A stretch of DNA of 64,000 nucleotides from an uncultured Dehalococcoidia bacterium (GCA_964560025.1 CAZLKC010000002.1:11602-75601); one strand, 5' to 3'. Counted from the stretch's first letter, positions 34,079-42,685 are shown. Numbers and translations: made by a program. The notes: generated from the letters alone by a model not told the origin.

Positions 34079-34441
34079 CTAGATGGCGGGTTCTTGGAGG
34101 TCGAACTGAGGGTCGAGCCGCACGGCGGCATCCTCGTCCGGCGGATCGCTGCGGAGCGCCTGCTCGAACGCGATGACCGGGACGGCGGGGAGGGTGACGA
34201 TGTGGGCGCCCGCCCGCGCGCCTAGGGCGAGCGAGTAGCGCGCCGCTACGTCGTTGTCGGGCGCCTGGACGATGCCGACGAAGTCGTACTGGCCCAGCAC
34301 GGCGTAGAGGCCGAGCGTCTCCACGCCCTCCATCGCGATGGAGGAGCGGGCGTCGACCATATGGTGCGGGTCGACGGCCATGCGGTCGCGGCCGTCGGGG
34401 GTGAGCGTCATCAGTTGCACGTAGTGGGCCATAGCGAACAC
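34079..34441 (-). CDS. GYD-domain protein
   Basis: 120 aa. AHYVQLMTLT...LGQYDFVGIVQAPDNDVAARYSLAL. Confidence 0.6.
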   Translation of the reverse strand: MFAMAHYVQLMTLTPDGRDRMAVDPHHMVDARSSIAMEGVETLGLYAVLGQYDFVGIVQAPDNDVAARYSLALGARAGAHIVTLPAVPVIAFEQALRSDPPDEDAAVRLDPQFDLQEPAI

Positions 34442-34747
34442 CCGCCGCGTAGGGATAGAGACACCGTATCGCAGGGCGCGCCATCGGGCAACCGGGGGGC
34501 GGCGGACTGTTTGCTGGCGAGCGCGCCAGCGCCGGCCTTCTCAAATCGTCCCGTCTCTTCCGATTTAGGCGTGAGGAGGCCGGCGGAATCGGAAGGAGGC
34601 GAGGCTGAAATCGGAGGGTTCGCTCCCGGGATCGGAAGATTTGCTTCCGAAATCGGACGCTTTCGGAAGGGGGCATGGGGCTGGGAGGCGGGGGCTTCGT
34701 TCTCGCGGGGGAGGCCGCGGGGCGGGGAGGAGGCGGTGCGCGGGCGA

Positions 34748-34847
34748 GCGGCCATAGAGCGCATTATAGCGCGGCCGTTCTGTTTTGGCAACGAATGGAT
34801 GTCAGAGGGGTGGCGGGGCGCCCTTCGAATTCCCTCAGGGCGAACGG
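34748..34847 (+). repeat. 100-bp 'promoter + REP' module, copy 2 (REP core 34819-34847)
   Basis: See 31501-31600. Confidence 0.75.
34763..34791 (-). promoter_or_regulatory. Sigma-70-like promoter on the minus strand: TTGCCA-N17-TATAAT
   Basis: Reverse complement of tggcaa (34786-34791) and attata (34763-34768), spacer 17. Points toward the GYD/LLM/PNPOx genes about 320 nt away. Confidence 0.5.
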
Positions 34848-34923
34848 AGTGGAGGCTTACGCGCCTGTTGGAGGCGGCCGGAACGCCCTGCGGCGTCTCT
34901 TGTCCCGTTGAAGATTAGGGGTG

Positions 34924-34932
34924 TGCTAGCAT
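34924..34932 (+). promoter_or_regulatory. Extended -10-like element TGCTAGCAT upstream of the carboxyltransferase gene
   Basis: Same TGnTAGCAT pattern as upstream of tsaD; 33 nt before ATG 34965. Confidence 0.3.
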
Positions 34933-34964
34933 CGGGAGACGCGTGTGAGAGGACTCCGTCTCCT

Positions 34965-36527
34965 ATGGCCGTCGAGAAGAAAAGCAGCGACCGCTTGGAC
35001 GAGATGCGCCTCCGTAAGGAGGAGGCGCAGGAGTCGGGCGGCAGCGCGCGCGTCCAGCAGCAGCACTCGAAGGGCAAGCTGACGGCGCGCGAGCGCATCG
35101 CCCTGCTGCTGGATCCCGGGACGTTCGAGGAGCTCGATCCGCTGGTTACGCACCGGGCGACGGAGTTCGAGATGGCGGAGAAGCGCTTCGCGGGCGACGC
35201 GGTGGTTACGGGGTACGGGAAGATCAACGGGCGGCTGACCTACGTGTTCGCGCAGGACTTCACGGTGTTCGGCGGCTCGCTGTCGGAGGTGGTGGCGGAG
35301 AAGGTCTGCAAGGTGATGGACATGGCGATGCGCAACGGCGCGCCCATCGTCGGCCTGAACGATTCGGGGGGCGCGCGCATCCAGGAAGGGGTGGTGTCGC
35401 TGGCGGGCTATGGCGAGATATTCATGCGGAACACCATCGCCTCCGGCGTCATCCCGCAGATATCCGCCGTGCTGGGGCCGTCGGCGGGGGGCGCGGTCTA
35501 CTCGCCCGCCATCACCGACTTCACGCTGATGGTGCGCGGCATATCGCAGATGTTCATCACGGGGCCGGACGTGGTGAAGGCGGTTACGGCGGAGGAGGTT
35601 ACACACGAGGAACTGGGCGGCGCGGACAGCCACGCGTCCAAGTCGGGCGTCGCCCACTTCGTCCTCGAGTCGGAGGAGGAGTGCATGGACGCCATCCGCC
35701 ATCTGCTCTCCTTCCTGCCGCAGAACAATCTGGACGACCCGCCGATGGGCGATCAAGAGGACGACCCCGACCGGACGGACGCGGCGCTGCGGGAGGTGGT
35801 GCCGGACGATCCGTCGCGCCCTTACAACATGATGGAGGTCATCGAGCGGGTGGTGGACGACGGGGAGTTCCTGAGCGTGCACGCGGCGTTCGCGCCCAAC
35901 ATCATCGTGGGGTTCGGGCGGCTGGACGGGCGCAGCGTGGGCGTGGTGGCGCAGCAGCCGGCGTACTTGGCGGGGGTTATCGACATCCACGCGTCGGTCA
36001 AGGCGGCGCGGTTCGTCCGCTTCTGCGACGCGTTCAACATCCCCATCGTCACGTTCGTCGACGTGCCGGGGTATATGCCGGGAACCGACCAGGAGCACCG
36101 GGGCATCATCCGGCAGGGGGCGAAACTGCTGTACGCCTACGCGGAGGCGACGGTGCCGAAGGTTACGGTGGTAACGCGCAAGGCCTATGGCGGCGCCTAC
36201 ATTGTTATGGGCTCCAAACACCTGCGCAGCGACCTGAACCTCGCCTGGCCGACGGCGGAGATTGCGGTGATGGGGCCGGACGCGGCGGTGAACGTGATTC
36301 ACCGCAAGCGCATCGCCGATTCGGAGAATCCGGAGTCGACGCGGGACGAGTTGATCGAGCAGTACCGCAACATGTTCGCCACGCCCTACCAGGCGGCGGA
36401 GCGGGGATACATTGACGACGTGATCGATCCGGCGGAGACGCGGCGCAAGCTCATCCGCGCGCTGGACATGCTCCAGAACAAACGCGACACGCTCCCACCC
36501 AAGAAGCACGGCAACATCCCGCTGTAG
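34965..36527 (+). CDS. Acyl-CoA carboxylase carboxyltransferase (beta) subunit, propionyl-CoA carboxylase/methylmalonyl-CoA carboxyltransferase type
   Basis: Start at the internal ATG (MAVEKKSSDRLDEMRLRKEE...). GKLTARERI, DFTVFGGSLSE, PIVGLNDSGGARIQEG, VPGYMPGTDQE. Confidence 0.9.
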   Translation: MAVEKKSSDRLDEMRLRKEEAQESGGSARVQQQHSKGKLTARERIALLLDPGTFEELDPLVTHRATEFEMAEKRFAGDAVVTGYGKINGRLTYVFAQDFTVFGGSLSEVVAEKVCKVMDMAMRNGAPIVGLNDSGGARIQEGVVSLAGYGEIFMRNTIASGVIPQISAVLGPSAGGAVYSPAITDFTLMVRGISQMFITGPDVVKAVTAEEVTHEELGGADSHASKSGVAHFVLESEEECMDAIRHLLSFLPQNNLDDPPMGDQEDDPDRTDAALREVVPDDPSRPYNMMEVIERVVDDGEFLSVHAAFAPNIIVGFGRLDGRSVGVVAQQPAYLAGVIDIHASVKAARFVRFCDAFNIPIVTFVDVPGYMPGTDQEHRGIIRQGAKLLYAYAEATVPKVTVVTRKAYGGAYIVMGSKHLRSDLNLAWPTAEIAVMGPDAAVNVIHRKRIADSENPESTRDELIEQYRNMFATPYQAAERGYIDDVIDPAETRRKLIRALDMLQNKRDTLPPKKHGNIPL

Positions 36528-36550
36528 CCGCCGCGCACCGGGCGTCCGCC

Positions 36551-36579
36551 CACCCTTCGATTTCGCTTAGGGCGAACGG
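36551..36579 (+). repeat. REP-like repeat, copy 7
   Basis: cacccttcgatttcgcttagggcgaacgg between convergent genes. Confidence 0.55.
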
Positions 36580-36588
36580 AAGCCGGGG

Positions 36589-37347
36589 CTAGGCTTCGCC
36601 GCCCGTCAACTCGGCGGCGAAGCCGCTGATTACGCGGACGAACACGTCGGGGTTGACGGTGGTGAGGGTGCTCGCGCCGTTGGGGTAGATGGCGAGCTTG
36701 GAATTGGGGATGATTTTGTGGCCCTCGATGGCGTGGTCGAGAGGGTGGACGGGGTCGGGCACGTTGTCGCCGCGGATGATGAGGACTGGAACCTGGCACT
36801 GCGGTGCGAGCGGGCGCAGGTTGAAGTGCTGCTGAAGGTCGGGCTTGTTGCGGATGCGGAAGTAGTTGGCCAGCACCGCAGCCCAGTCGTCGCCGTGCTG
36901 GCGCTTGGCGGCCTCCTTGCGCTCCTCCGGCATCGTGTCGGGGTTGAAGCCCTGGTTCAGTTGGGCGTTGCCGGCGGGGTCGTTGGCGATGATGAAGGCG
37001 TCGAGCACCGCGCCAAGCGTCCGGTTCGGGTGGTCGAGGGCGAAGCGCAAGACGACGCGCGAGCCGAGGCTCACGCCGTGGACGACGGCCTTGTCGATGG
37101 CGAGGTGGTCGAGCAGGCCGAGCAGGTCGTCCACCCAGGCGGAAGGCGGCAGGTCGTCGACGTGCTCGCTGCGCCCCATCCCGCGCATATCGGGCACGAT
37201 GACGCGGAAGCCCGCGCCGGCCAACTGCGAGGCGACGCCTTCGAAGTAGTGGCCGGAGCCGGCCGCGCCGTGCAGCATGACGATGGGCGCACCCTCGCCC
37301 GTGTCCTCCCAGTGGTGCTTGTGGCCGTTGATGGTTGCGTCCGGCAT
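36589..37347 (-). CDS. Alpha/beta hydrolase
   Basis: 252 aa. MLHGAAGSG, nucleophile elbow HGVSLGS. Confidence 0.8.
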   Translation of the reverse strand: MPDATINGHKHHWEDTGEGAPIVMLHGAAGSGHYFEGVASQLAGAGFRVIVPDMRGMGRSEHVDDLPPSAWVDDLLGLLDHLAIDKAVVHGVSLGSRVVLRFALDHPNRTLGAVLDAFIIANDPAGNAQLNQGFNPDTMPEERKEAAKRQHGDDWAAVLANYFRIRNKPDLQQHFNLRPLAPQCQVPVLIIRGDNVPDPVHPLDHAIEGHKIIPNSKLAIYPNGASTLTTVNPDVFVRVISGFAAELTGGEA

Positions 37348-37422
37348 AGCGCGCGTCCCTCCCCGCGTGGTGAGGCGAGGCTACCACAGGCGTGCTATCG
37401 TCAAGCGCAAGGAGGCGGGCAG

Positions 37423-37599
37423 GTGCGATTCCGAGTAGGGCACGACGTGCGGTATGAGGTGATGGTGGAGGCGGCGAACGCCGCGGAGGCGGAGCGTGTC
37501 GCGGCGGAGATGTCCTACGAGGAGTGGGAGTTGCGCTACGTGTCGAACGAGGACGTGGTGGCGTACGAGGAGGATCCGCGCAACCCGCACGCGGAGTAG
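37423..37599 (+). CDS. Small acidic hypothetical protein (58 aa)
   Basis: GTG preceded by AAGGAGG at an 8-nt spacing: VRFRVGHDVRYEVMVEAANAAEAERVAAEMSYEEWELRYVSNEDVVAYEEDPRNPHAE. No family recognised. Confidence 0.4.
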   Translation: MRFRVGHDVRYEVMVEAANAAEAERVAAEMSYEEWELRYVSNEDVVAYEEDPRNPHAE

Positions 37600-37632
37600 A
37601 GGGGGCGCGCCCCCTCCCCTCTGAGCCCTTCA

Positions 37633-37662
37633 TTGCCGGGGCGGGCGCGCCGCTTCTATAAT
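37633..37662 (+). promoter_or_regulatory. Sigma-70-like promoter TTGCCG-N18-TATAAT upstream of the icd-like/mdh genes
   Basis: TTGCCG 37633-37638, TATAAT 37657-37662; about 75 nt upstream of the TTG start at 37738. Confidence 0.5.
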
Positions 37663-37737
37663 CGCGCCGCCCTAAGATGGCTCGTGCGGGCGGATTCCGC
37701 CCGGCGCGCCGCACGCGAGGGCGGAAGGAGTCGTCCA

Positions 37738-38946
37738 TTGAGTGAGAACAACGAGGCCGTCGGCGCCGCGCAGGAGCAGTTCGCGGTCGTTCTGGAGCAG
37801 CAGTTGGCGCGCGTGGAGCGGCTGAAGCAGGAGCCGCCGCCGGTGGACTACGCGGCAGTGTCGCCCATCATCATCGGCACGCTGGGCGGCGACGGCATCG
37901 GCCCGGCCATCACGGCGGAGGCGCAGCGCCTGCTGGAGAGTCTGCTCGCCGACCAGGTGGCGGTGGGCAAAGTGGAGTTCCGCCCCATCGAAGGGCTGAC
38001 CATCGAGAACCGCGCGGCCAAGCTCCAGGCCATCCCCGACGACGTGCTGGCGGACATCAAGCAGTGTCACGTTACGCTCAAGGGGCCGACGCACACGCCG
38101 GAGCAGGGCGACGGCTACCCGAACATCGAGAGCGCGAACGTCGCTATGCGCAAGGCGCTCGACCTGTTCGCCAACGTCCGCCCCGTCCGCATCCCGGCCG
38201 AGGGGATCGACTGGACGTTCTTCCGCGAGAACACGGAGGACATGTACGCGGTCGGCAGCCAGGGCGTGAACGTGACGGGCGACCTGGCCATCGACTTCCG
38301 CGTCATCACGACGCAGGGGTCGCGGCGCATCATCCGCGCCGCCTTCGAGCACGCCAAGAAGACGGGCAAAGACCAGGTGACCATCGTCACCAAGGCGAAC
38401 GTGGTGAAGAAGACGGACGGCAAGTTCCTGGACGTGGCGCGGGAGGTCGCGGCGGACTATCCGGGCATTACGTGGGACGGTTGGTACATCGACATCATGA
38501 CCGCCAAACTCATCGACACGGCGCGCCGCAGCGACTTCCAGGTGCTGGCGATGCCGAACCTGTACGGCGACATCCTGACGGACGAGGCGGCGCAGATACA
38601 GGGCGGCGTGGGCACGGCGGGGGCGGCCAACGTGGGCAGCCAGTACGCGATGTTCGAGGCGATCCACGGCTCGGCGCCGCGGATGGTGCGCGAGGGCCGG
38701 GCGCAGTACGCCGACCCGTCGTCGATGATTCGCGCGGGGGCGATGATGCTGGAGCACATCGGCTTCACCGAGATGGCGGCTCGGCTGCACAAGGCGCTGG
38801 ACGTGTGCGGCCAGTACGAGCGCCGCATCGCCATCACTGGCCGCGACACGGGGTGCACGACGCGCGAATTCGGCGACTACGTGATCGAGACGGTCGCCGA
38901 CCCGGCGCTGGACGAGCGCTGGGCGGCCTACGTGGACGCGAACTAG
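37738..38946 (+). CDS. Isocitrate/isopropylmalate dehydrogenase-family enzyme (probably isocitrate dehydrogenase)
   Basis: TTG start with GGAAGGAG 7 nt upstream. GDGIGPAIT, NLYGDILTDEAA, HGSAP motifs; sits next to mdh. Confidence 0.8.
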   Translation: MSENNEAVGAAQEQFAVVLEQQLARVERLKQEPPPVDYAAVSPIIIGTLGGDGIGPAITAEAQRLLESLLADQVAVGKVEFRPIEGLTIENRAAKLQAIPDDVLADIKQCHVTLKGPTHTPEQGDGYPNIESANVAMRKALDLFANVRPVRIPAEGIDWTFFRENTEDMYAVGSQGVNVTGDLAIDFRVITTQGSRRIIRAAFEHAKKTGKDQVTIVTKANVVKKTDGKFLDVAREVAADYPGITWDGWYIDIMTAKLIDTARRSDFQVLAMPNLYGDILTDEAAQIQGGVGTAGAANVGSQYAMFEAIHGSAPRMVREGRAQYADPSSMIRAGAMMLEHIGFTEMAARLHKALDVCGQYERRIAITGRDTGCTTREFGDYVIETVADPALDERWAAYVDAN

Positions 38947-38987
38947 CGCAGAGTCGGCGACAGTAAGCAAGAGGAGAAGGAGGCGGG

Positions 38988-39926
38988 ATGCGCAAGAAGG
39001 TAACCGTGGTCGGCGCGGGCAACGTGGGCGCGACCACCGCTCAGCGCCTGTACGAGCGGGGCTACATGGACGTGGTGCTGGTGGACGTGGTGGAGGGGAT
39101 GCCCCAGGGCAAGGCGCTCGACATTCAGGAGTCGGGGCCGGTGCTGGGCGTGGACGCCTCCATCACCGGGACGAATTCCTACGAGGAGTCGGCGGGTTCG
39201 GACGTGGTGGTGGTTACGGCGGGCGTGGCGCGTAAGCCGGGCATGAGCCGCGACGATCTGCTGTTCACGAACATGCGCATCGTCGGCTCGGTCGTGCAGG
39301 AGGCGGTGAAGCGCTCGCCGGAGGCGGTGCTGGTGGTCGTCTCCAATCCGTTGGACGCGATGGTGCAGCACGCCTACGGCGTCGCGGGCTTCCCCAAGGA
39401 GCGCGTCGTCGGCATGGCGGGCGTGCTGGACACGGCGCGATTCCGCACCTTCTTGGCCGACGAACTGGGCGTGTCGGTGCGCGACGTGCAGGCCTACGTG
39501 CTGGGCGGCCACGGCGACCAGATGGTGCCGTTGGTGAAGCACACCACCGTCGGCGGCGTGTCCATCGGCGAGTTGCTGAGCGCGGAGCGCCTCGAGGCGG
39601 TCATCAAGCGCACGCAGGGCGGCGGCGGGGAGATTGTGGCGCTGCTGAAGACCGGCTCGGCCTACTACGCGCCATCGGCGGCGACGGCGGAGATGGTGGA
39701 CGCGATCCTGCTCGACCAGAAGCGGCAGTTGCCCTGCGCGGCGCTGCTGGAGGGCGAGTACGGCATCGACGGCGTCTATATGGGCGTGCCGGTGATCCTG
39801 GGCGCGGGCGGCGTGGAGCGCGTGGTGGAGTTGGAGTTGACGGCGGCGGAGCGCGAGGCGCTCGATCGCTCGGCGGACGGCGTGCGCGAGCTGGTCGAGG
39901 CGATGGCGAACGCGCCCGCGTCGTAA
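38988..39926 (+). CDS. mdh: Malate dehydrogenase (LDH-like type)
   Basis: 312 aa. [36 protein letters not shown]. Confidence 0.95.
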   Translation: MRKKVTVVGAGNVGATTAQRLYERGYMDVVLVDVVEGMPQGKALDIQESGPVLGVDASITGTNSYEESAGSDVVVVTAGVARKPGMSRDDLLFTNMRIVGSVVQEAVKRSPEAVLVVVSNPLDAMVQHAYGVAGFPKERVVGMAGVLDTARFRTFLADELGVSVRDVQAYVLGGHGDQMVPLVKHTTVGGVSIGELLSAERLEAVIKRTQGGGGEIVALLKTGSAYYAPSAATAEMVDAILLDQKRQLPCAALLEGEYGIDGVYMGVPVILGAGGVERVVELELTAAEREALDRSADGVRELVEAMANAPAS

Positions 39927-40562
39927 GTGCCGCCGCAACGCATCATCCCGCTGGAGCCGGCCGGGGAGCAGGAGGCGCCGCCCTCGCTCACCGACGTGGT
40001 GATGGCGCTCCACCTCGAGGCGCTGCCCCACGACCTGCATGAGGTGGACGAGCGCGAGCCGCTGTTCGAGGCGGAGCCGCTGCGCAGCGCGGCGCGGGCG
40101 GCGTTCGGCTTGGGGTGCGCCGTGGGCGTCGAGTTCCCGGACAAGGTCGCGCCGCTGCTGCTCCAGACGCACGCCGACGCGGCGGAGATTCTGGACGAGT
40201 GCCGCGAGCCGTTGGCGGCGCAGGCGGCGCAGGTACGCGCGTCGGGCGAGGCGGTTACGGCGGACGCCTTCCTCGAAGACCTGCTGAGCGTGGTGGAGGG
40301 GGAGGAGGCGGTGGAGCGGGACGTGGCCTACAACGTGCTCAGCATCGCGTTCGAGTACGGGTGCATCCTCGCGGTTACGGAGCGCAGCGCGGCGCTGGTG
40401 GTGCGCAACGCGGAGAGCCGCACGCTAGCCGAGGCCGCCGCTGCGTTCGAGGCGGGAGAGGCGGCGCATCCACCGCCCGCCCCCGACCCTATGCGCCCGC
40501 TGCGCGACTTCTCGCTGGAGTTGGTGTCGGCGTACGAGACGGACTTCGGGGCGCTGGGGTAG
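39927..40562 (+). CDS. Hypothetical strongly acidic protein
   Basis: 211 aa, GTG immediately after the mdh TAA. Coding-like GC3, many D/E and almost no K. No family recognised. Confidence 0.5.
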   Translation: MPPQRIIPLEPAGEQEAPPSLTDVVMALHLEALPHDLHEVDEREPLFEAEPLRSAARAAFGLGCAVGVEFPDKVAPLLLQTHADAAEILDECREPLAAQAAQVRASGEAVTADAFLEDLLSVVEGEEAVERDVAYNVLSIAFEYGCILAVTERSAALVVRNAESRTLAEAAAAFEAGEAAHPPPAPDPMRPLRDFSLELVSAYETDFGALG

Positions 40563-40656
40563 AGAGGGAGGGTCGGGGTGTGACGCGCGCGTATTGACAA
40601 GCGCGGCGCGCGCCGCAAACCTTAGCCTACGGCCCCGCCGCTAAGAGACCGCCCTC

Positions 40657-42165
40657 ATGCCCGCCGCCCCCCAACGCAACTTCGAATCGCGCACGCTCTA
40701 CCACGGCGACAACCTGCCCTTCCTGCGCGGGATGAACTCCGGCACGGTGGACCTCATCGCCACGGATCCGCCGTTCAACAAGAGCAAGGACTTCCACGCC
40801 ACGCCCGACAGCATCGCCAGCGGCGCGCGGTTCGTCGACCGGTGGTCGTGGGACAGGGACGTGCACGAAGAGTGGGTGGACGCCATCAAGGACGACTGGC
40901 CCGCTGCGTGGTCGGTCATCGAGTCCACGCGCATCGCGTCGGGAGACGACATGGGCGCGTTCCTCTGCTGGCTCGGCGTGCGCCTGATGGAGATGCACCG
41001 CGTCCTGACCGACGACGGCAGCATCTACCTGCACATCGACCACACCGCCCACGCCTACGTCAAGACGCTGATGGACGCCATCTTCGGGCGCAAGAACTTC
41101 CGCAACGAGATTGTGTGGCAGAGAATGAGCGGAACCAAAAGCAATGCCAAACGGTTCTTCACTCAGCATGACACCTTGCTGTACTACGTCAAATCAGACA
41201 ACAGCGTATGGAACCGAGAATTGGAACCGTTCACGGATGAGGAGGTCGAAGCATCATGGTTCAAATACGTCGATACAGACGGACGCCGGTATAAGGTAAA
41301 TGACCTAACTGCTCCCGGTAGGCAGGGTGGCCATCAATACGAGTTTTTGGGCGCAGTACGACGCTGGCGATATCCGTTGGACAAGATGAATGAACTGTTG
41401 GCGATCGGACAGATTCATCACAAGTCATGCACCCCTGGTGCCGGTAACGATGTCGCTGTCAGGAAACGCTACTTGGACGAAATGGATGGGAGGCCACTCG
41501 GCAGTGTTTGGACGAACATCAAGAATCTGAACCGAAATAACACCGAACGCACCGGTTACCCAACCCAGAAGCCGCTTGCTCTCTATGAGCGCATCATCAG
41601 GGCAAGCAGCAACGAGGGCGACTTGGTGCTCGACCCGTTCTGCGGTTGCGCGACCACGCCCGTGGCGGCGGAGCGGCTTGGCCGCGAGTGGGTAGGCATA
41701 GACATCTGGGACGGCGCGCACCAGATGGTGCTCGACCGCCTGCGCGACGAGAAGCTCGCCGTCCCGGACGCGGAGTCGGGCGCCAGCCGGAGCCTCATCA
41801 CCTTTGGCAGCGTAACCTACTCCACCACGCCGCCCGTGCGGACGGACGAGGGGAAGACCGCCGCGCCGACGCTCAACCTCAAGGTGCAGATACCGGAGCC
41901 GCCCGGCCCCAAGTTGACGAACGCGCAGATGAAGGCGCAACTCGTCGAGCGCAACGGCATCGTCTGCGCGGGCTGCGACCGCACGTTCGACGATGAGCGT
42001 TACCTGCAACTCGACCACAACGCGCCGCGCTCGCAGGGCGGCTTGCACCACATCAGCAACCGCCTGCTCCTCTGCGGCCCGTGCAATCTCGCCAAGAGCA
42101 ACACGCTGACGCTGGAGGGTCTGCGCCGCCACAACCGCGCGAACGGCTGGATGGCGAAAAGGTGA
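40657..42165 (+). CDS. Beta-class N6/N4 DNA methyltransferase fused to a C-terminal HNH endonuclease domain
   Basis: 502 aa. IATDPPF (motif IV) near the N-terminus, PTQKP, VLDPFCGCATT (motif I). C-terminal CAGCD...LQLDHNAPRSQGG...NRLLLCGPCNLAKSN is an HNH with CxxC pairs. Confidence 0.85.
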   Translation: MPAAPQRNFESRTLYHGDNLPFLRGMNSGTVDLIATDPPFNKSKDFHATPDSIASGARFVDRWSWDRDVHEEWVDAIKDDWPAAWSVIESTRIASGDDMGAFLCWLGVRLMEMHRVLTDDGSIYLHIDHTAHAYVKTLMDAIFGRKNFRNEIVWQRMSGTKSNAKRFFTQHDTLLYYVKSDNSVWNRELEPFTDEEVEASWFKYVDTDGRRYKVNDLTAPGRQGGHQYEFLGAVRRWRYPLDKMNELLAIGQIHHKSCTPGAGNDVAVRKRYLDEMDGRPLGSVWTNIKNLNRNNTERTGYPTQKPLALYERIIRASSNEGDLVLDPFCGCATTPVAAERLGREWVGIDIWDGAHQMVLDRLRDEKLAVPDAESGASRSLITFGSVTYSTTPPVRTDEGKTAAPTLNLKVQIPEPPGPKLTNAQMKAQLVERNGIVCAGCDRTFDDERYLQLDHNAPRSQGGLHHISNRLLLCGPCNLAKSNTLTLEGLRRHNRANGWMAKR

Positions 42166-42181
42166 GCGGGATAAGCGCAGC

Positions 42182-42442
42182 GTGGCGCGCCTAGAGCTGG
42201 AATACTCGCTGCATGCGATCAAGTCTATGCGCGACCGCGAGATTCCCCAGGCCTGGGTAGAGTCCACTGTGGCGGAGCCTGCACTCCGCGAACCCGACCG
42301 TCAGCGCCCTGGCGTTGAACTCTTCTTCCGCCCCATCCCGGAGTTCGGCGGCCGAGTCCTCTGCGTTGCCGTCAACACGCGCGTTGACCCATGGCGGGTG
42401 GTAACGCTATTCTTTGACAAGAGAAAGAGAGGAGCGCTATGA
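42182..42442 (+). CDS. DUF4258-domain protein (putative toxin)
   Basis: 86 aa. YSLHAIKSMRDREIPQAWVESTV resembles DUF4258. ATGA overlap with the next gene. Confidence 0.6.
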   Translation: MARLELEYSLHAIKSMRDREIPQAWVESTVAEPALREPDRQRPGVELFFRPIPEFGGRVLCVAVNTRVDPWRVVTLFFDKRKRGAL

Positions 42443-42639
42443 AGCTCAGAGTGGACAAAGAGAGCGATGCCCTCTACCTGCGCCTCGACGACTCTCGCAT
42501 CATCGAGTCGGAAGAGGTGGCATCCGGCGTGGTGCTCGACTACAACGAGGCGAACGAGGTGGTCGGCGTGGAGGTGCTCTACCTCTCTACGCGCTCCTCC
42601 GACCTCGACCTCTCGTCGCTCCAGTTCGAGACGGCCTGA
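42439..42639 (+). CDS. DUF2283-domain protein (putative antitoxin)
   Basis: 66 aa. MKLRVDKESDALYLRLDD...VVLDYNEANEVVGVEVL is the typical DUF2283 pattern. Confidence 0.65.
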   Translation: MKLRVDKESDALYLRLDDSRIIESEEVASGVVLDYNEANEVVGVEVLYLSTRSSDLDLSSLQFETA

Positions 42640-42685
42640 CCTCCCGCTCCGTCGTTCCCGCATCCCCCCGTCCGCGCCGCTGCTG

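Noticed and set aside
34575-34670. The ATCGGA repeat tract or other short repeats as a CRISPR array.
   Set aside because: The repeat units are only ~6-10 nt at 21-22-nt spacing, and the 'spacers' are partly repeat-like. There are no cas genes, and no 25-40-nt repeat/spacer periodicity appears anywhere in the window.
40594-40656. A complete promoter for the MTase-HNH gene (TTGACA plus a -10).
   Set aside because: The -35-like TTGACA is perfect, but the sequence 17-18 nt downstream (aaacct/aacctt) is a poor -10. It is kept only as a remark inside the MTase-HNH finding, not as a feature.
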